Shown here: positions 23,449 to 37,400 of the stretch, one piece after another
Numbering within the stretch: position 1 is the stretch's first letter
Layout: each line of letters opens with the position of its first letter
Source: Mobula hypostoma
Taxonomy: Eukaryota
Assembly: GCF_963921235.1 (NCBI RefSeq)
Contig: NC_086118.1
Coordinates: 21,020,001-21,084,000, forward strand
DNA length: 64,000 nucleotides
Direction of reading: 5' to 3'
The notes under the pieces: model-generated
The model's database searches: none
Seen by the model: the letters and a program-made list of their open reading frames with translations, nothing else
Told to the model about the DNA's origin: nothing
Position numbers and translations under genes: made by a program

Positions 23449-24597
23449 GCAGCCAAACCAAGCTACCAATCTTTTTTTTCATTTCAAAGGTTTAATTATG
23501 TTCTTGATTGGAAGCTATGAGAACACCACCACTTAATTTCCAGTCCACTTCAGTGGTGATATACCTCCATCTTAATGTACAGTACATGTTGAATTTATCT
23601 TCTGACTTTAATTCATCTAATTTTATTATGCAATTATTTCATATATTATTGTTCTGCCACGATGGTCGGTAGACTCGAACAACATTTGGGAGCAAATTCT
23701 ACTGGAAGGTTCTCTGTCATTCAGCTCCCAACTGCTGCTGCAAAATTAATTTCATTTGTTTTTGGTGACCTAAACCTTTGGACTTGATCACAGTCACCAA
23801 ATTAGATCCCTTCAAAATATGCCTAATTGGCCTAAGATTGATTGACACCCATAAAGAAGGACTGATATGGGACCCACACAATTCTTGATGGTACAAGGCT
23901 TTATTGAACACTGCTGTATACTATGACAAAGGGAGTGGTTCCTTAATGCAGCTCTGCATGGTAGTCAGACACCAAAAGCACAGACGATGACTGTTGTGGA
24001 GTAGAGAAGGAAAGAGGACTCAGATTGATGAACGGGGACACTCAAGTCCTATATTACATACAATCAGGAAAAAGATCTTGGGTGCTGGAGATGACAGTGG
24101 AGCGGAGGCAATGTAGGAAATCAAACACAAAACTGGAGATGCTGGTACTTGGGGCGGGGGAATGGAACTGGGGACACTCAGCAGTTTGAATAGCAATGGT
24201 GGAAAGGAACAAAGTAAATGTTTCAATTTAAGACTGAGAAAGGGAGAAAATAAGATCAGAGAGTGGTGGTGGGTGTTGGGGGTGGGGGAGGGGTAGATAG
24301 ATAATAGGGAATATCACCAAAATGGTGAGAGGAGGGTTGACTTGGTAAAACACTGTTGTTGAAGCCATGGGTTGATAGGGGAAGTTAGAAGACAGAGTGG
24401 GCGTGTGAGAGAGTGTGAGAAAGCAAATAAAGGAACATTAGAGAGCTGTGAAATGCAGGTCAGAGCTGTAGAAATCAACCAGTGTTGGTGGAGAGGGCAA
24501 AAACTGAGTCGACATGAAAGATGGTCAACCGACAGCATCTCTGATCATTTCCAATACAAACAGGAAGTAAGTGACCAACGGCATCACTGATCAGTTA

Positions 24598-27156
24598 GAA
24601 ACATAGAAAACCTACAGCACAATATAGGCCCTTCGGCCCACAAAGCTGTGTTGGACATGTCCTTACCTTAGAAATTATCTAGGGTTACCCATACCCCTCT
24701 ATTTTTCTGAGCTCCATATACTTGACCAGGAGTCTCTTAAAAGACCCTATTGTATCCCCCTCCACCACCATCGCCAGCAGCCCATTCCACACACTTACCA
24801 CTCCCTACGTCAAAAACTTACCCCTGACATCTCCTCTGTACCTACTTCCAAGCACCTTAAAACTGTGCACTCTCGTGCTAGCCAGCCCTGGAAAAAGCCT
24901 GTGACTATCCACAAGATCAATGCCTCTTGTCATCTTATACACCTCTATCAGGTCACCTCTCATCCTCCGCCGCTCCAAGGAGAAAAGACCGAGTTCACTC
25001 AACCTATTCTCATAAGGCATGCTCCCCAATCCAGGCAACATCCTTGTAAATCTCCTCTGCACCCTTCCTATGGTTTCCACATTCATCTTATGGTGAGGCA
25101 ACCAGAACTGAGCACAGTATTCCAGGTGAGGTCTGACCAGGGTCCTATATAACTGCAACATTACCTCACAGCTCCTAAACTCAATCCCACGATTGATGAA
25201 GGCCAATACACCGTATGCTTTCTTACCCACAGAGTCAACCTGTGCAGCAGCTTTGAGTGACCTATGCACTCGGATCCCAAGATCCCTCGGATCCTCCACA
25301 CTGCCAAAAGTCTTACTATTAATACTATATTCTGCCATCATATTTGAACTACCAAAATGAACCACCTCACACTTATCTGGGTTGAACTCCATCTGTCACT
25401 TCTCAGCTCAGTTTTGCATCCTATCAATGTCCCGCTGTAACCTGTGACAGCCCTCCACATTATCCATAACACCTCCAACCTTTGTGTCATCAGCAAATTT
25501 ACTCACCCATCCCTCCACTTCTTCATCCAGGTCATTTATAAAAATCATGAAGAGTAGGGGTCCTAGAACAGATCCCTGAGGCACACCACTGGTCACCGAC
25601 CTCCATGCAGAATATGACCCGTCTACAACCACTCTTTGCCTTCTGTGGGCAAGCCAGTTCTGAATTCACAAAGCAATGTCCCCTTGGATCCCATGCTTCC
25701 TTACTTTCTCAATAAGCCTTGCATAGAGTACCTTGTCAAATGCCTTGCTGAAATCCATATACATTACATCTACTGCTCTACCTTCATCAATGTGTTCAGT
25801 CACATTTTCAAAAAATTCAATCAGGGTTGTAAGGCATGACCTGCCTTTCACAAAGCCAAGCTGACTATTCCTAATCATATTATGCCCCTCCAAATGTTCA
25901 TAAATCTCGTCTCTCAGGATCTTCTCCATCAACTTACCAACCACTGAAGTAAGACTCACTGGTCTATCATTTCCTGGGCTATCTCTATTCCCTTTCTTGA
26001 ATAATGGAACAAGATCCGCAACCCTGCAATCCTCCAGAACCTCTCCCGTCCCCATTGATGATGCAAAGATCATTGCCAGAGGCTCAGCAATCTCCTCCCT
26101 TGCCTCCCACAGTACCCTGGGGTACATCTCGTCCGGTCCCGGTGACTTATCCGACTTGATGCTTTCCAAAAGCTCCAGCACGTCCTCTTTCTTGATATCT
26201 ACATGCTCAAGCTTCTCAGTCCACTGCAAGTCATCCCTAAACTTGCCAAGATCCTTTTCCGTAATGAATACTGAAGCAAAGTACTCGTTAAGTACCTCTG
26301 CTATCTCCTCCGGTTCCATACATACTTTTCTACTGTCACAATTGATTGGTGCTATTCTCTCACGTCTTATCCTCTTGCTCTTCACATACTCGTAGAATGC
26401 CTTGGGGTCTTCCTTAATCTGTCCATCAAGGCCTTCTCATGGCCCCTTCTGGCTTTCCTAATTTCTTTCTTAAGCTTCTTCCTGCTAGCCTTATAATCTT
26501 CTAGATCTTTATCATTACCTAGTTTTTTGAACCTTTCGTAAGCTCTTCTTTTCTTCTTGACTAGATTTACAAAAGCGTTTGTACACCATGGTTCCTATAC
26601 CCTACCATCCTTTCCCTGTCTCATTGGAATGTATCTATGCAGAACTCCACGCAAATATCCCCTGAACATTTGCCACATTTCTTCCATACATTTCCTTGAG
26701 AACATCTGTTCCCAATTTATGCTTCCAAGTTCCTGCCTGATAACCTCATATTTCCCCTAACTCCAATTAAACGCTTTCCTAACTTGTCTGTTCCTATCCC
26801 TCTCCAATGCTATGGTAAAGGAGATAGCACTACCTCCAAAATGCTCTCCCAGTGAGAGATCTGACACCTGACCAGGTTCATTTCCCAATAGCAGATCAAG
26901 TACAGCCTCTCCTCTTGGAGGCTTATCTACATATTGTGCCAAGAAACCTTCCTGAACACACCTAACAAACTCCACCCCATCTAAACCCCTCGCTCTAGGG
27001 AGATGCCAATCGATATTTGGGAAATAAAAATCTCCCACCACGACAACCCTGTTATTATTACACCTTTCCAGAATCTGTCTCCCTATCTGCTCCTCAATGT
27101 CCCTGTTACTACCTGTGGTCTATAAAAAAACACCCAATAGAGTTATTGACCCCTTC
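24598..27156 (-). mobile_element. CR1 LINE, 5'-truncated (EN C-terminal half and RT, with stops)
   Basis: [53 protein letters not shown]; (TTTCTATG) tail at ~24598. Confidence 0.93.
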
Positions 27157-27539
27157 CTAAAACAGAGAAAGTAAGTTACCTACAGCATCACTGATCAGTT
27201 CTAATACAAACAGAGAAAGTAAGTTACCTGAAAATACTGAGTTCAGAAAGTTGCGAAGTGCCCTGATAGAAAATTTGGTGCTGACTCTCAGGCTGTAGTT
27301 GGGCTTTGTGATACTGTTAAAGTGGCCGTTGACAGATTGGTGTGAGTAGGATGGAAAACAGTAATTGATATAAGCTGTTAAGATGGACATATTTAATCAG
27401 GGGACTGATAGGGCGTTTTGTCACAGAAGAAGTAGAAGGTGGTTAACCACCCAGAACCACAGAAGGATTGTATGTCCATATGTTCCTGTTGCGACCAGGA
27501 AACTATCAAAGTGGCAGAGGGCCTCACAAGTGCCATGGT

Positions 27540-28035
27540 AAGTTCAAAGTTCAAAGTACATTCATTATCGAAGTATGTACTGTATACAGTACACAACCTT
27601 GAGATTCATCTTCTTGCAGGCAGTCACAAAATAAAAAAAAACAATAAACCGATTAAAAAAACCCACACAACAAAGACCATCAGTCACCCAGTATATGAAA
27701 AAAGAACAAATCATGCCAACAATATATAAGGAAAACAAGTAACACACAGAAAATTAACCGCAGAGTCCCCGAAAGTGAGCACACAGCCACGGGGTCAGTT
27801 CAGCACCGAGGTGATTGGAGGCAGTACAGGAGCCCGATGACTGTCGACCAGACCACAGCCACAGAACAAGTTCAGTGCTGAGGCGAATGACGCCAGTCCA
27901 GGAGTTCGATGGTTGCAAGTCATAGTCACAGAGCCAATTCTGCGCTGAGGCAAATGCTGATGCTTGCAGGCCACAGCTACAGACTGAACCTGCAGAAAAA
28001 TGATGGGGCCAACGCCACTTTTAAAAGAGGCAGGT
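27540..28035 (-). mobile_element. Non-autonomous LINE-derived element with Rex1-type tail
   Basis: (AAGTTC)n tail followed by sequence similar to 22315-22500. Confidence 0.5.
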
Positions 28036-28139
28036 AGGAGGTGGTTGCAGCAGTCTCCTTCAGCTGCGAGAATCTTTGCATTATGGAGCAATGATAAAAG
28101 AAATTCCATGGTATCTGAGGGAAAACGATGCACCACTAC

Positions 28140-29165
28140 AGTATAAACTCTGCCCTTTTACGGATCTGCTTGCACTGGGATCTTGACTTCCTGAGCAGCA
28201 AATAGCAATCAGTAAGGACACACAGCAACACCTCCGCCACCATTATCCTCACAGGTGCCCCACAAGGCTGTGTCCTCAGTCCCCTACTCTTCTCCTTATA
28301 CACTCACGTCCACGTGGCCAGGTTCTGCCCTAACTCCATCTACAAGTTTGCATGTGACATTTCCTTAGTGGGCCAAATCTCAAATAACGATGTCAAAGTA
28401 CAAGAAGGAGATAGAGAGATTAGTGGCATGGTATCATGACAATATTTCCCCCAGTGTAATCAAAATAATAGAGCTGGACTTTGACTTCAGAGAGAGAGAG
28501 GGCAGTGCACACGCTCCTGTTCACATCAACAGTGGCAAGGTCAAGAGTATCAAAAGCTTCAAGTACTTCGGAGTGAACATCATCAATGGCCGTTAAAGTG
28601 CACTAGCACATCTACTTCTTCCGAAGGCTAAAGAAACTTGGCATGTCACAACTGGCCCTCTCCAACTTTTAAAGATGCACTACAGAAAGCATACCACCCA
28701 GATACATCATATGTCAACTGCTTTGTCTGAGATTACAGAGAGTTGTGGACACAGCTCAGCACATTGGAGAGATTAGCTTCCCCTCAGTCTACACTTCTCA
28801 CTGTCTCAATGAAACAGCCAGAATAATCAAAGACCCCACCCATCCCAGACATTCCTTCTTCTCCCACCTCTCATTAGACAAAAGATTGAAGCACATACAC
28901 AGAGTTTATATCTCTAAGAATATTAAACCTAAACAACTTCTGGTTATAATAGACCCCTTGTACAATGAGATGGACACTTGACCTCACAATCACCTCATTG
29001 TTTGCCTGCACTACACCTTCTCTGTAACTGTAACACTTTATTTTGCATTCTGTTATTACTTCTCCCTTGTACTACCTCGAGGTACTAATTTGATGAAATG
29101 ATCCATTTGGATGACATTTTTTTTTCACTGCATCTCAACACAGGTGACAGTGGTAAACCAATTTA
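28140..29165 (+). mobile_element. Rex1/Babar-like LINE, degraded RT 3' part
   Basis: TGAPQGCVLSPLLFSLYTH, YKKEIERLVAW, RIIKDPTHPRHSFFS. Confidence 0.8.
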
Positions 29166-29711
29166 CCAATTTATGTGCACACACACTACTGCAAGCACAC
29201 TCTCACATTTACACCCTCACAGTTTTAGCCATGAAAACTCTTACCGGACCCCACACTGTCAGACGGCACATTCTTCCTCAGAGGTTAAGCAGCCAGAGGT
29301 AAAATAATGAAAAGATTTCCCATTCGTTTTGGATCCTCCATGCTGAAGCAAAGAATAAGAGGGGAGGACACAGGCCTGGGAGGATCTCCCCTCCCCCCGC
29401 TCCCCGTGAGAGTAGCTCCACACCTGGCTGCAGGAGACCTTTATCTCCTTTATGGCCAGAGAAGCTGTCGAGGCACAAATATCCTCATAAGCAGAAGCTA
29501 TAATAAACTTTCTAGGTAATCTTACAAACTGTGACCATTGTGGTCACTACATCCTCTTTGTTAGCAACCTCACGACATCAGTTTCACTGCATCAGTTGGA
29601 AGGTTTGTGGGTGACTGCAATCTTTATATAGATTGGATAAGTTAAGTTAGCCGGAGGAAGAGTTTATGGGTCTGTTTCACAGCAACGTGCTGTAGCCAAC
29701 AAGGGAACAGG

Positions 29712-29850
29712 CAGTCCTAAAGAACGGGTCTCAGCCCGAAATGTTGACTGTTTACTCTTTTCCACAGATGCTCCCTGGCCTGCTGAGTTCCTCCAGCATT
29801 TTGTGTGTGTTCCTTCGGATTTCCAGCATCTGCAGATTTTCTCCTGTTCA
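29712..29850 (+). mobile_element. Short Penelope-type pLTR 3' fragment with a degenerate hammerhead
   Basis: CAGTCCTAAAGAACGGGTCTCAGCCCGAAATGTTGACTG..GATGCT..TGCTGAGTTCCTCCAGCA. Related fragments at ~6435-6535, 38545-38640, 42945-43020 and 62070-62150. Confidence 0.65.
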
Positions 29851-30169
29851 TAATAAGCTATTTTAATTCTGATTATTTCTAAGGCAGGATTAATTATTGA
29901 TTTTAAGTAATATTCATAATATGCTCGAAATTCTGGGAAAGAGCCATCATGGGTTGGAAATGAGAAACTTTGGGCTTGAGCTAGGGTTTCAAACTTAAAT
30001 AAAAAAACAATTATGGAGACAAAAATGGGGAAGTAAATTATCGGATGATAGGAAGTGTGAGTAGCAGCAGGTAATTAAGGACATTTTCATAATTCTTAAC
30101 AATGATAGCTTTCATTAAGAAATAAAGACTCCGTCAGAATAATCCATCTGTGGCTAACTTAGGCAGTTA

Positions 30170-31020
30170 AGGATGATATGAAATGAAAGCATGGTAGCAA
30201 TGAATATAAAGCAGACAGTAAGAGTTTCTATAAACACTGTACATAAAGAGATAAACAGTAGCCAAGGCAAACATCGGCCCCTTAGAAGATGTAACTGGGA
30301 AATTACTAATGCACAATGCAGGGGATTTGAACAAGTGCTTTGTCTTTAAGGCAGATACTAAATGCACCCCAACAATAGTGAAAATCTGGGGGCAAAGGGG
30401 GCAGAGGAAATCATAAATGATTATTGTCACTGGAATAAAAGGAATGGGCAAACCACTAGGACTAAAGTTTGGCAAGTTTCTTGACCTGATGCCTTCATAA
30501 GGAAGCCTTGAGGAGGTAGTTGCACAGAACATGGGTGGATATGACCTTTCAAGTGTCACTCAATCCCACAGAGATCTCAGTGATTTTGAAAACTGCATGT
30601 GTAATAAGCCCATTCAGGGAGGGAGCTAGTCATAATAAAGGTGACTATAGGCCAGTTATCCCAAAGTCTATCATTGGGAAAGTGCTGAAATCCATAATTA
30701 ACAAATAATAGTAAAATATTTAGAAGAATTATAATCAAGCAGAGTCACCATTTTTTTTATAGAAGTGTTTGACAAATTTAGTAAAGTATGTTCTTTAACA
30801 AGCTGGGTGAAGTTGATGAGCGGACAACAAAAGGCCCAGAAGGTATGGTGAGTCATGGAAATATATTACTGGGAAAGAGGATGAATATCATCATACAAAA
30901 TGGAGTATGTGGTTTGAGGAGACTGATGGCTTTTCCTGCTCCTATTTTTCTGTGTCCCTGTGTAGTATAATTGGATTTTCAAAAGGCATTTGATAAGTTG
31001 CCACATATAAGATTACATCA
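30170..31020 (+). mobile_element. Degraded CR1 ORF2 fragment
   Basis: NIGPLED, DYRPV..SIIGKVLKSII, LDFQKAFDKLPH. Confidence 0.7.
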
Positions 31021-33671
31021 CCAGGTAGCAGCCTGTGTCTTTGGGGGTTATTACTACCCAAAATGATGCTGATTCATTATTGCGCTTTCAGTCTGTGCAC
31101 TCACAAACACCTGTCCCACTGTTCTTGGACTGTGCTACTGTTAGCTGGGGAACCAGGCATAATTCCCTGCTCTTTACACTGTTGTGCCTGGAACTGTGCC
31201 CTCAACTGGCTCTCCCCAGCAAGGAATTGTGCCCTGTCTCCACGTGATGAGGCTGCCTCTAAGGGCTAGTATTGGACCCACTGAAGCAAAGTTGGTCGCT
31301 GCTGCTAAGTTAACAAACTTCATGACACATGCCGGTGATTTTGATTCTGAATGCATAAATACGCAGAGATGGTTCAAACAAATGAGGCAAAATTGCTCAC
31401 ACAGCTATTAACTCTCCCAAACTTCCTCCTGAATATCTAGCGTGTTACCTAAACATTCTTAAACTACAGTAAATCTTGATGCAGCCAGACACTGAGGTGG
31501 TACTAGAAATTATACTCTCACAGCAGCAAGCAATATGATAGAGAAATATTCACACAGATGTCAAAAGAGTCTAGGGTTTTTGGCAATGATTTATGTAACT
31601 TCCAATGTGAAGTTGACAACTGGCTTAACATACTATCTCAGGATCCTCTACTTGTCCTCCTCTTACAATATGTTTCATGACAACTTGACAGCGAGTGACT
31701 CCTACAAGAGGCAGAAAAACTATGAAGAAACTCACATGGTGAGATGAAACATCTGTTCAACTTTATCCCTTCTCCAGGAACTTTCGTTATATGGAGGAGC
31801 AAAAGCAGTATGGTTGGATGAGAGACAAGTGATAGATGGTCACCTCATTGACCAGATCCAATTGCTTTGAGCTGAATGAAACACAATGCTTCTACCGCTG
31901 ATATTCTTAAGTTGTGGCCCACTGTGTACTTTGAAATGACCACTTGGCATAGACATGGGCTTTGTGAGTAGTTGAGCATTGCGAAGTTTCTCTAAAGCCA
32001 CTCTGTTGAGTTTCCCAACACCAATTTTAAAAGATATGTAAAACAACAAGTTAGCACAACATGGTGCTAGTTCGACTAAGACTTTTCCACAATGAAATTT
32101 CGAGATCCAGTTTGTGTAACCATGGACGTAAATGGACCCTGCAACTTGTGAAGTCATTAGAAACATGTCTGGTGCGTTATTGCAGGAATGTTCACAGAAA
32201 GGCTTTGCCCTATTTCATGAATTGCGCAACTTCAAGTGGCAATGATAATGTTCCCTTCACTAATAAATCCAGCAAAATGGAATACATGTTCCAGGCTATC
32301 CTGTCCAAGTGGTTTCTTGGGTTGACTAAGCTTATAGTTTATATCCTGAGTACAATCTTTTAACATTTAGTATTGTTACAAAGCTCTTGTTTTTTCACAG
32401 ACTTTCTGTCTTCAGTTCTATTTCATATGATGCTCCTGAACAAATTCCATGTTTACTGTAAGGCTTACCTTATCCCATCTAGTGGCAGTTCCAAGACACT
32501 ATGGGCATACTGTACTCAGAATATGGTCAGTGCTACGTTGCAGAATACTTGAAATGATTTGATTTAATGTGAAATAAATGAGAAAAAGGATAGGAGAGTA
32601 TGTTAAGAGAGTAGTGAAACATCTCAAGAGGAATATGAAATTCACTGCAGTCGAGGTGTTCCTATTAGCTTACACTGTCATCGGTTGGAGGAAGGCATCG
32701 AGGATCAAGACCTTGTAAAGACTTGGACCTGTGAAGATCTTAATCAGTTTGTTGAAATGCAGGGAATCAATAAATCTTATAAGGCTGGAGCAAAGTGAGA
32801 GGAATACTTTGCAGTGGTAGTATTGTGTGACTTTGATAGAAGCAGTCATGGTGCTGATGGGACAGCTGGAATTTAGGTCAGAGCTGGGTAATACCTCACT
32901 GCTTCTCTATCCCCAGAATGACTAAAATGATGGTCAAGGAATCAAAGGTTAAAGGGATGGAGATCATACTGGGAAAAGTGAGATTGCTTTGTCAACATTA
33001 AATTATAAAGAAATTGAGACTGTCCACATCCTGATGTCAAACAGGTAAGTGAAGAAGGTAATGATGATCTCTGGGCTAATGGAAGAGACAGATGCAAAAC
33101 ATATTTGAGAAAGTTAACTTTGATTTTGTTTGTAAGCCATGAAAGTCCTTTAGAATCCAATTAAAAACTGACTCTCCCAGTGGCTTAGCTGTCTGCACAG
33201 CACTCCTCTTTGAATTTGATAGTCACTCTTTTAGCATCTAAGTCTAAAGTAAAGTTGTGTGCAGTCACTCAGCAGTGGCCTACTCACCACAGGCACACGT
33301 ATCAATTATAAAGAAACAGCACTCCTGATTCCTGATGCCTGTCCAAGCCAACCCTAATTTGAGCATGTAGATTATGCCATATTAAATCGATAGCAATCAC
33401 AATTTAAATCCATTAGTACTCGAAGCAAATGAGAACTGCATAATTATGGTGTACCAGAAGGTCAAGTTGTCGCAGTGAAGTGGATTGTTATCAGTCACAG
33501 TTAAGTACTTTCTCTGAGTGGTAGGGTCTGAGAGTGACTTAAGTCACCCTGCCTGTAAGGCCTATTTGGATTGAACAGTGCCCAAGATGAGAAAAGCATG
33601 CAGAGCAATATATTTTCTTCCCGTGTCCTCTCATTTCTGAGATCCCATTATTATATATCTTAGGTTCAATT

Positions 33672-34010
33672 ATGGAATTATGGTTCTACAGGAGAATGTT
33701 AAAAATATCATGGACCACACACACATCAAATGAGAAGTTCTCAGAAGAGCCCAAGCAGTTTGATCACTCATACCAACAATAAGAGAAAGACAACTCAGAT
33801 TCCTAGGACATATCATGTGGAAAGATGAACTAGAAAAACTCATACTTTCTGGAAACCTAGAGGAAGACCTCGGCTTATGCACATCAAAAGCCTAGCCAGG
33901 TGGCTACACATCGAGGAAATGGAAGTTATCCAAAGAACGAGGGATAGATCTATATGGAAAACCATGGTCACCAACGTCCACATCGGATATGATACCTAAA
34001 CAGACAGACA
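33672..34010 (+). mobile_element. RTE-clade LINE 3' fragment
   Basis: WFYRRMLKISWT..RERQLRFLGHIMWKDELEKLILSG and an (AGAC)n tail. Confidence 0.75.
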
Positions 34011-34484
34011 GGTTCAATTACTTATTAATAATGCAGAATGGGCAATGATCATATGTTGAGTAAAATTATATGATCTGATTGATGATAGATGTATCCAAGG
34101 ATAGAGTCACTCTGGGAACTACAGTTACTCTTTCATCTTACTAAGAATGTAGATGTTAGATATTCACGGATGACACATACCTGTCACATAATGAAATTCA
34201 CAATTTTACCATTTTAGTTTCCAATTTTCCCATCACAGCATCTAAATGATTTTAAAATGTGATAAGTTCCTAAACGATCAACTACATCTCTCTCCCTCTG
34301 ACAACTGTTGGAGGCTCAACAAAACCGTCTGCAAATTTGGTGTTATATTTGTATGAGTTTTGGACCAACTTTCATGCTTTCACTAAGATTGCTAGCTTAC
34401 CGGCTGATAAAAACCTTATTCCTGTCTTTGTTGCCTCTAATCCAGGACATTCTAAAGTGTTCCTGGTTGAAATCACTGATATAA

Positions 34485-37400
34485 AACCACAGGATCATAA
34501 GACATAGGTGCAGCATTAGGCCATCTGGCCCATCGAGTCAGCTTCACTATTCAATCATAGCTAATCCGTTTTTCCCCTTTTCAGTCTCATTCCCCGGTCT
34601 TCTCCCCATAACCTTTGATGCCATGTCCAATCAAGAACCGATCAAGCTCGCCCTTAAATACACCCAACGACCTTGCCTCCACAGTTGACTGTGGTAACAA
34701 ATTCCACAAATTCACCACCCTCTGGCTAAAGAAATTTCTCCACATCTCTGTTTTAAATGGACACCCCTCTATCCTGAGGCTGAGTCCTCTTGTCCTAGAC
34801 TCCCCCGCAATGGGGAACATCCTTTCCACATCACCTCTGCCTAGACCTTTCAACATTTGAAAGGTTTCAGTGAGAACCCCCCCCCATCCTTCTAAATTCT
34901 ATCGAGCACAGACATACAGCTATCAATCTTTCCTCATACGATAAACCTTTCATTCCCAGAGTCATCCTTATGAACCACCTCTGAACCCTCTTGAAGGCCA
35001 TCACATCTTTTCTTGGATGAGCAGCCCAAAACTGTTCACAGTACTCAAAGCAAGGCCTCACCAGTGTCTTATAAAGCTCAGTGTCACATCCCTGCTCTTG
35101 TATTCTAGACCTCTTGAAATGAATGCTAACATTGCATTTGGCTTCCTCACCCTGACTCTACCTACAAGTTAACCTTTAGGGTGTCCTCTGCATCTCCAAC
35201 TTTTTGGATCTTCTCCCTGTTTAGAAAATAATTGGCACATTTATTTCTACTATCAAAGTGCATAACCATGCATTTTCCAACATTGTATTTAATTTACCAC
35301 TTTCTTGCCCATACTCCTAATCTGTCTAAGTCCTTCTGCAGCCTACCTGTTTCCTCGACACTACCTGCCCCTCCACCAGTCCTTATATCATCTGCAAACA
35401 TGGCAACAAAGCCATCTATTCCATCACCTAAGTCATTGATAAACAGCATAAAAAGAAACAGTCCCAACACCAACCCCTGTGGAACACCAACCTGAAAAGG
35501 ATCCTTTTATTCCCACTTGCTACCTCCTACCAATCAGCCAATGCTGTGACCATGCCAGTAACATTCCAGTAACACCGTGGGCTCATCTGCCATCTCCATG
35601 TCCCTTGTAATTATTTCTCTGGCCTCATTTTCTAGTGGTCCAACATCCAATCTGAACTCTCTTTTACTATCCACTTTGATATTGTTTGCTAGCTTGCTTT
35701 TACATTTCATTTTTTCCCTCCTAATGATTCTTCTAGTTGCTTTCTGTAGGTTTTTAAAAGCTCCCCAATCCTCTTTCTTCCCGATAATTTTAGCTTTGTG
35801 GTATTCTGTCTCTTTTGCTTTTACATTAGCTTTGACTTTCCTTGTCAGCCACGGTTGTACTATGTTGCCATTTGAGTATTTCTTCATTTGAGGATTACAC
35901 CTATCCTGCACCTTCCTCATTTTTTCCCATAAACTCATGCCATTGCTGCTCTGCTGTCATTCTTGCCAGCATCTCCGACCAATTTACTTTGACCAGCTCC
36001 TCTCTCATACCACTGTAATTTCCTTTACTCCACTGAAATACTGCTACATCAGACTTTACTTTCTCCCTATCAGATTTCAAGTTGAACTCAATCATATTGT
36101 GATCACTGTCTCCTAAGGGTTCTTTTACTTTAGCTCCCGAATTGCCTCCGGTTCATTATATAGCACTCAATCCTGTACAGCTGATCCCCAAGTAGGCTTA
36201 ACGACAAACTGCTCTAAAAAACCATCTCGTAGGCATTCAACAAACTCACTCTCTTGAGGTCCATTTCCAGCCTGATTTTCCCAATCGACCTGCATGTTGT
36301 ACAGGTAATCTCCCATGACTATCATAACATTGCCCTTTTGACACAGCTTTTCTATTTCCTGTTTAAGTCTGTGGACCAGCTACTGTTGGGAGGTCTGTAT
36401 ATAACTGCCATCAGGGTCTTTTTCCCCTTGCAGTTTCGTAACACAATTCACAAGGATTCAACATCTTCTGGTCCTATGTCACATCTTTCTACTGATTTGA
36501 TGCCAACTTTACCAGCAGAGCCACACCAGCCCCTCTGCCTGCCCTCCAATACAATGTGTAACTTTGGACATTCAGCTCCCAATTACAACTATCCTTCAGC
36601 CACGATTCAGTGATGGCCACAACTACATACCTGGCAATCTGTAATAGTGCAACATCATCATCCACTTTATTTCTTAAACTCCATGTACTGAGATATAACA
36701 CTTTGTGTACTGTATTTGCTACCCTTTTTGATTCTGCATCCCTAATGCTCTGATACTTACCCTGCTGGCTGCAATTTTGTTCTATCATCTTCCTGTCCAT
36801 CCTAACAGTTTGCCTGCACGCTGTCTTTGTTTTTTTACCATCCGTCCTATCCTGAGTCCCTTCACTCCAGCTCCCACCCCACTGCCAAATTAGTTTAAAC
36901 CCTCCCCAACAGCTCTCACAAACCTGCCCGCAAGAATATTGGTCCCGCTCAGGTTCTTTTGACCTGGCTGGTGGCATGGTAGCATCAGCTTCGGACTTCG
37001 GGAAGAAAGTTCCCGAGTTCGAATCCAGCCGGCTCCCCTGCACGCTTTCCATCCGTGCTGTGGTACGAGCTGGTGATCTCTTTGGAAACTCACCCGGCAG
37101 AAGGCAATGGCAAACCACTGCTGTAACTTGCCTCGTACTTGGTTCCCCATTACATCAGAGAGGCGTGGAGGGAAATCAACTGATGTACCTTTCCTTTCCT
37201 TTCAGGTTCTTTTGCAACCAGTCCCTTTTGAACATGTCATACCTCCCCCAGAAGAGATCCCAATGATCCAAGAACCTGAAACCCTATCCCCTGCACCAGC
37301 TTCTCAGCCATGCATTTATCTGCCAAGTCATCCTGTTTCTACCCTCACTGGCACATGGCACAGGCAGCAATCCAAAAATTACTACCCTGGATGTCCTGCT

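Noticed and set aside
31840..32363. Overlapping ~100-aa ORFs in unique sequence
   Set aside because: No motifs recognised; lengths are compatible with chance.
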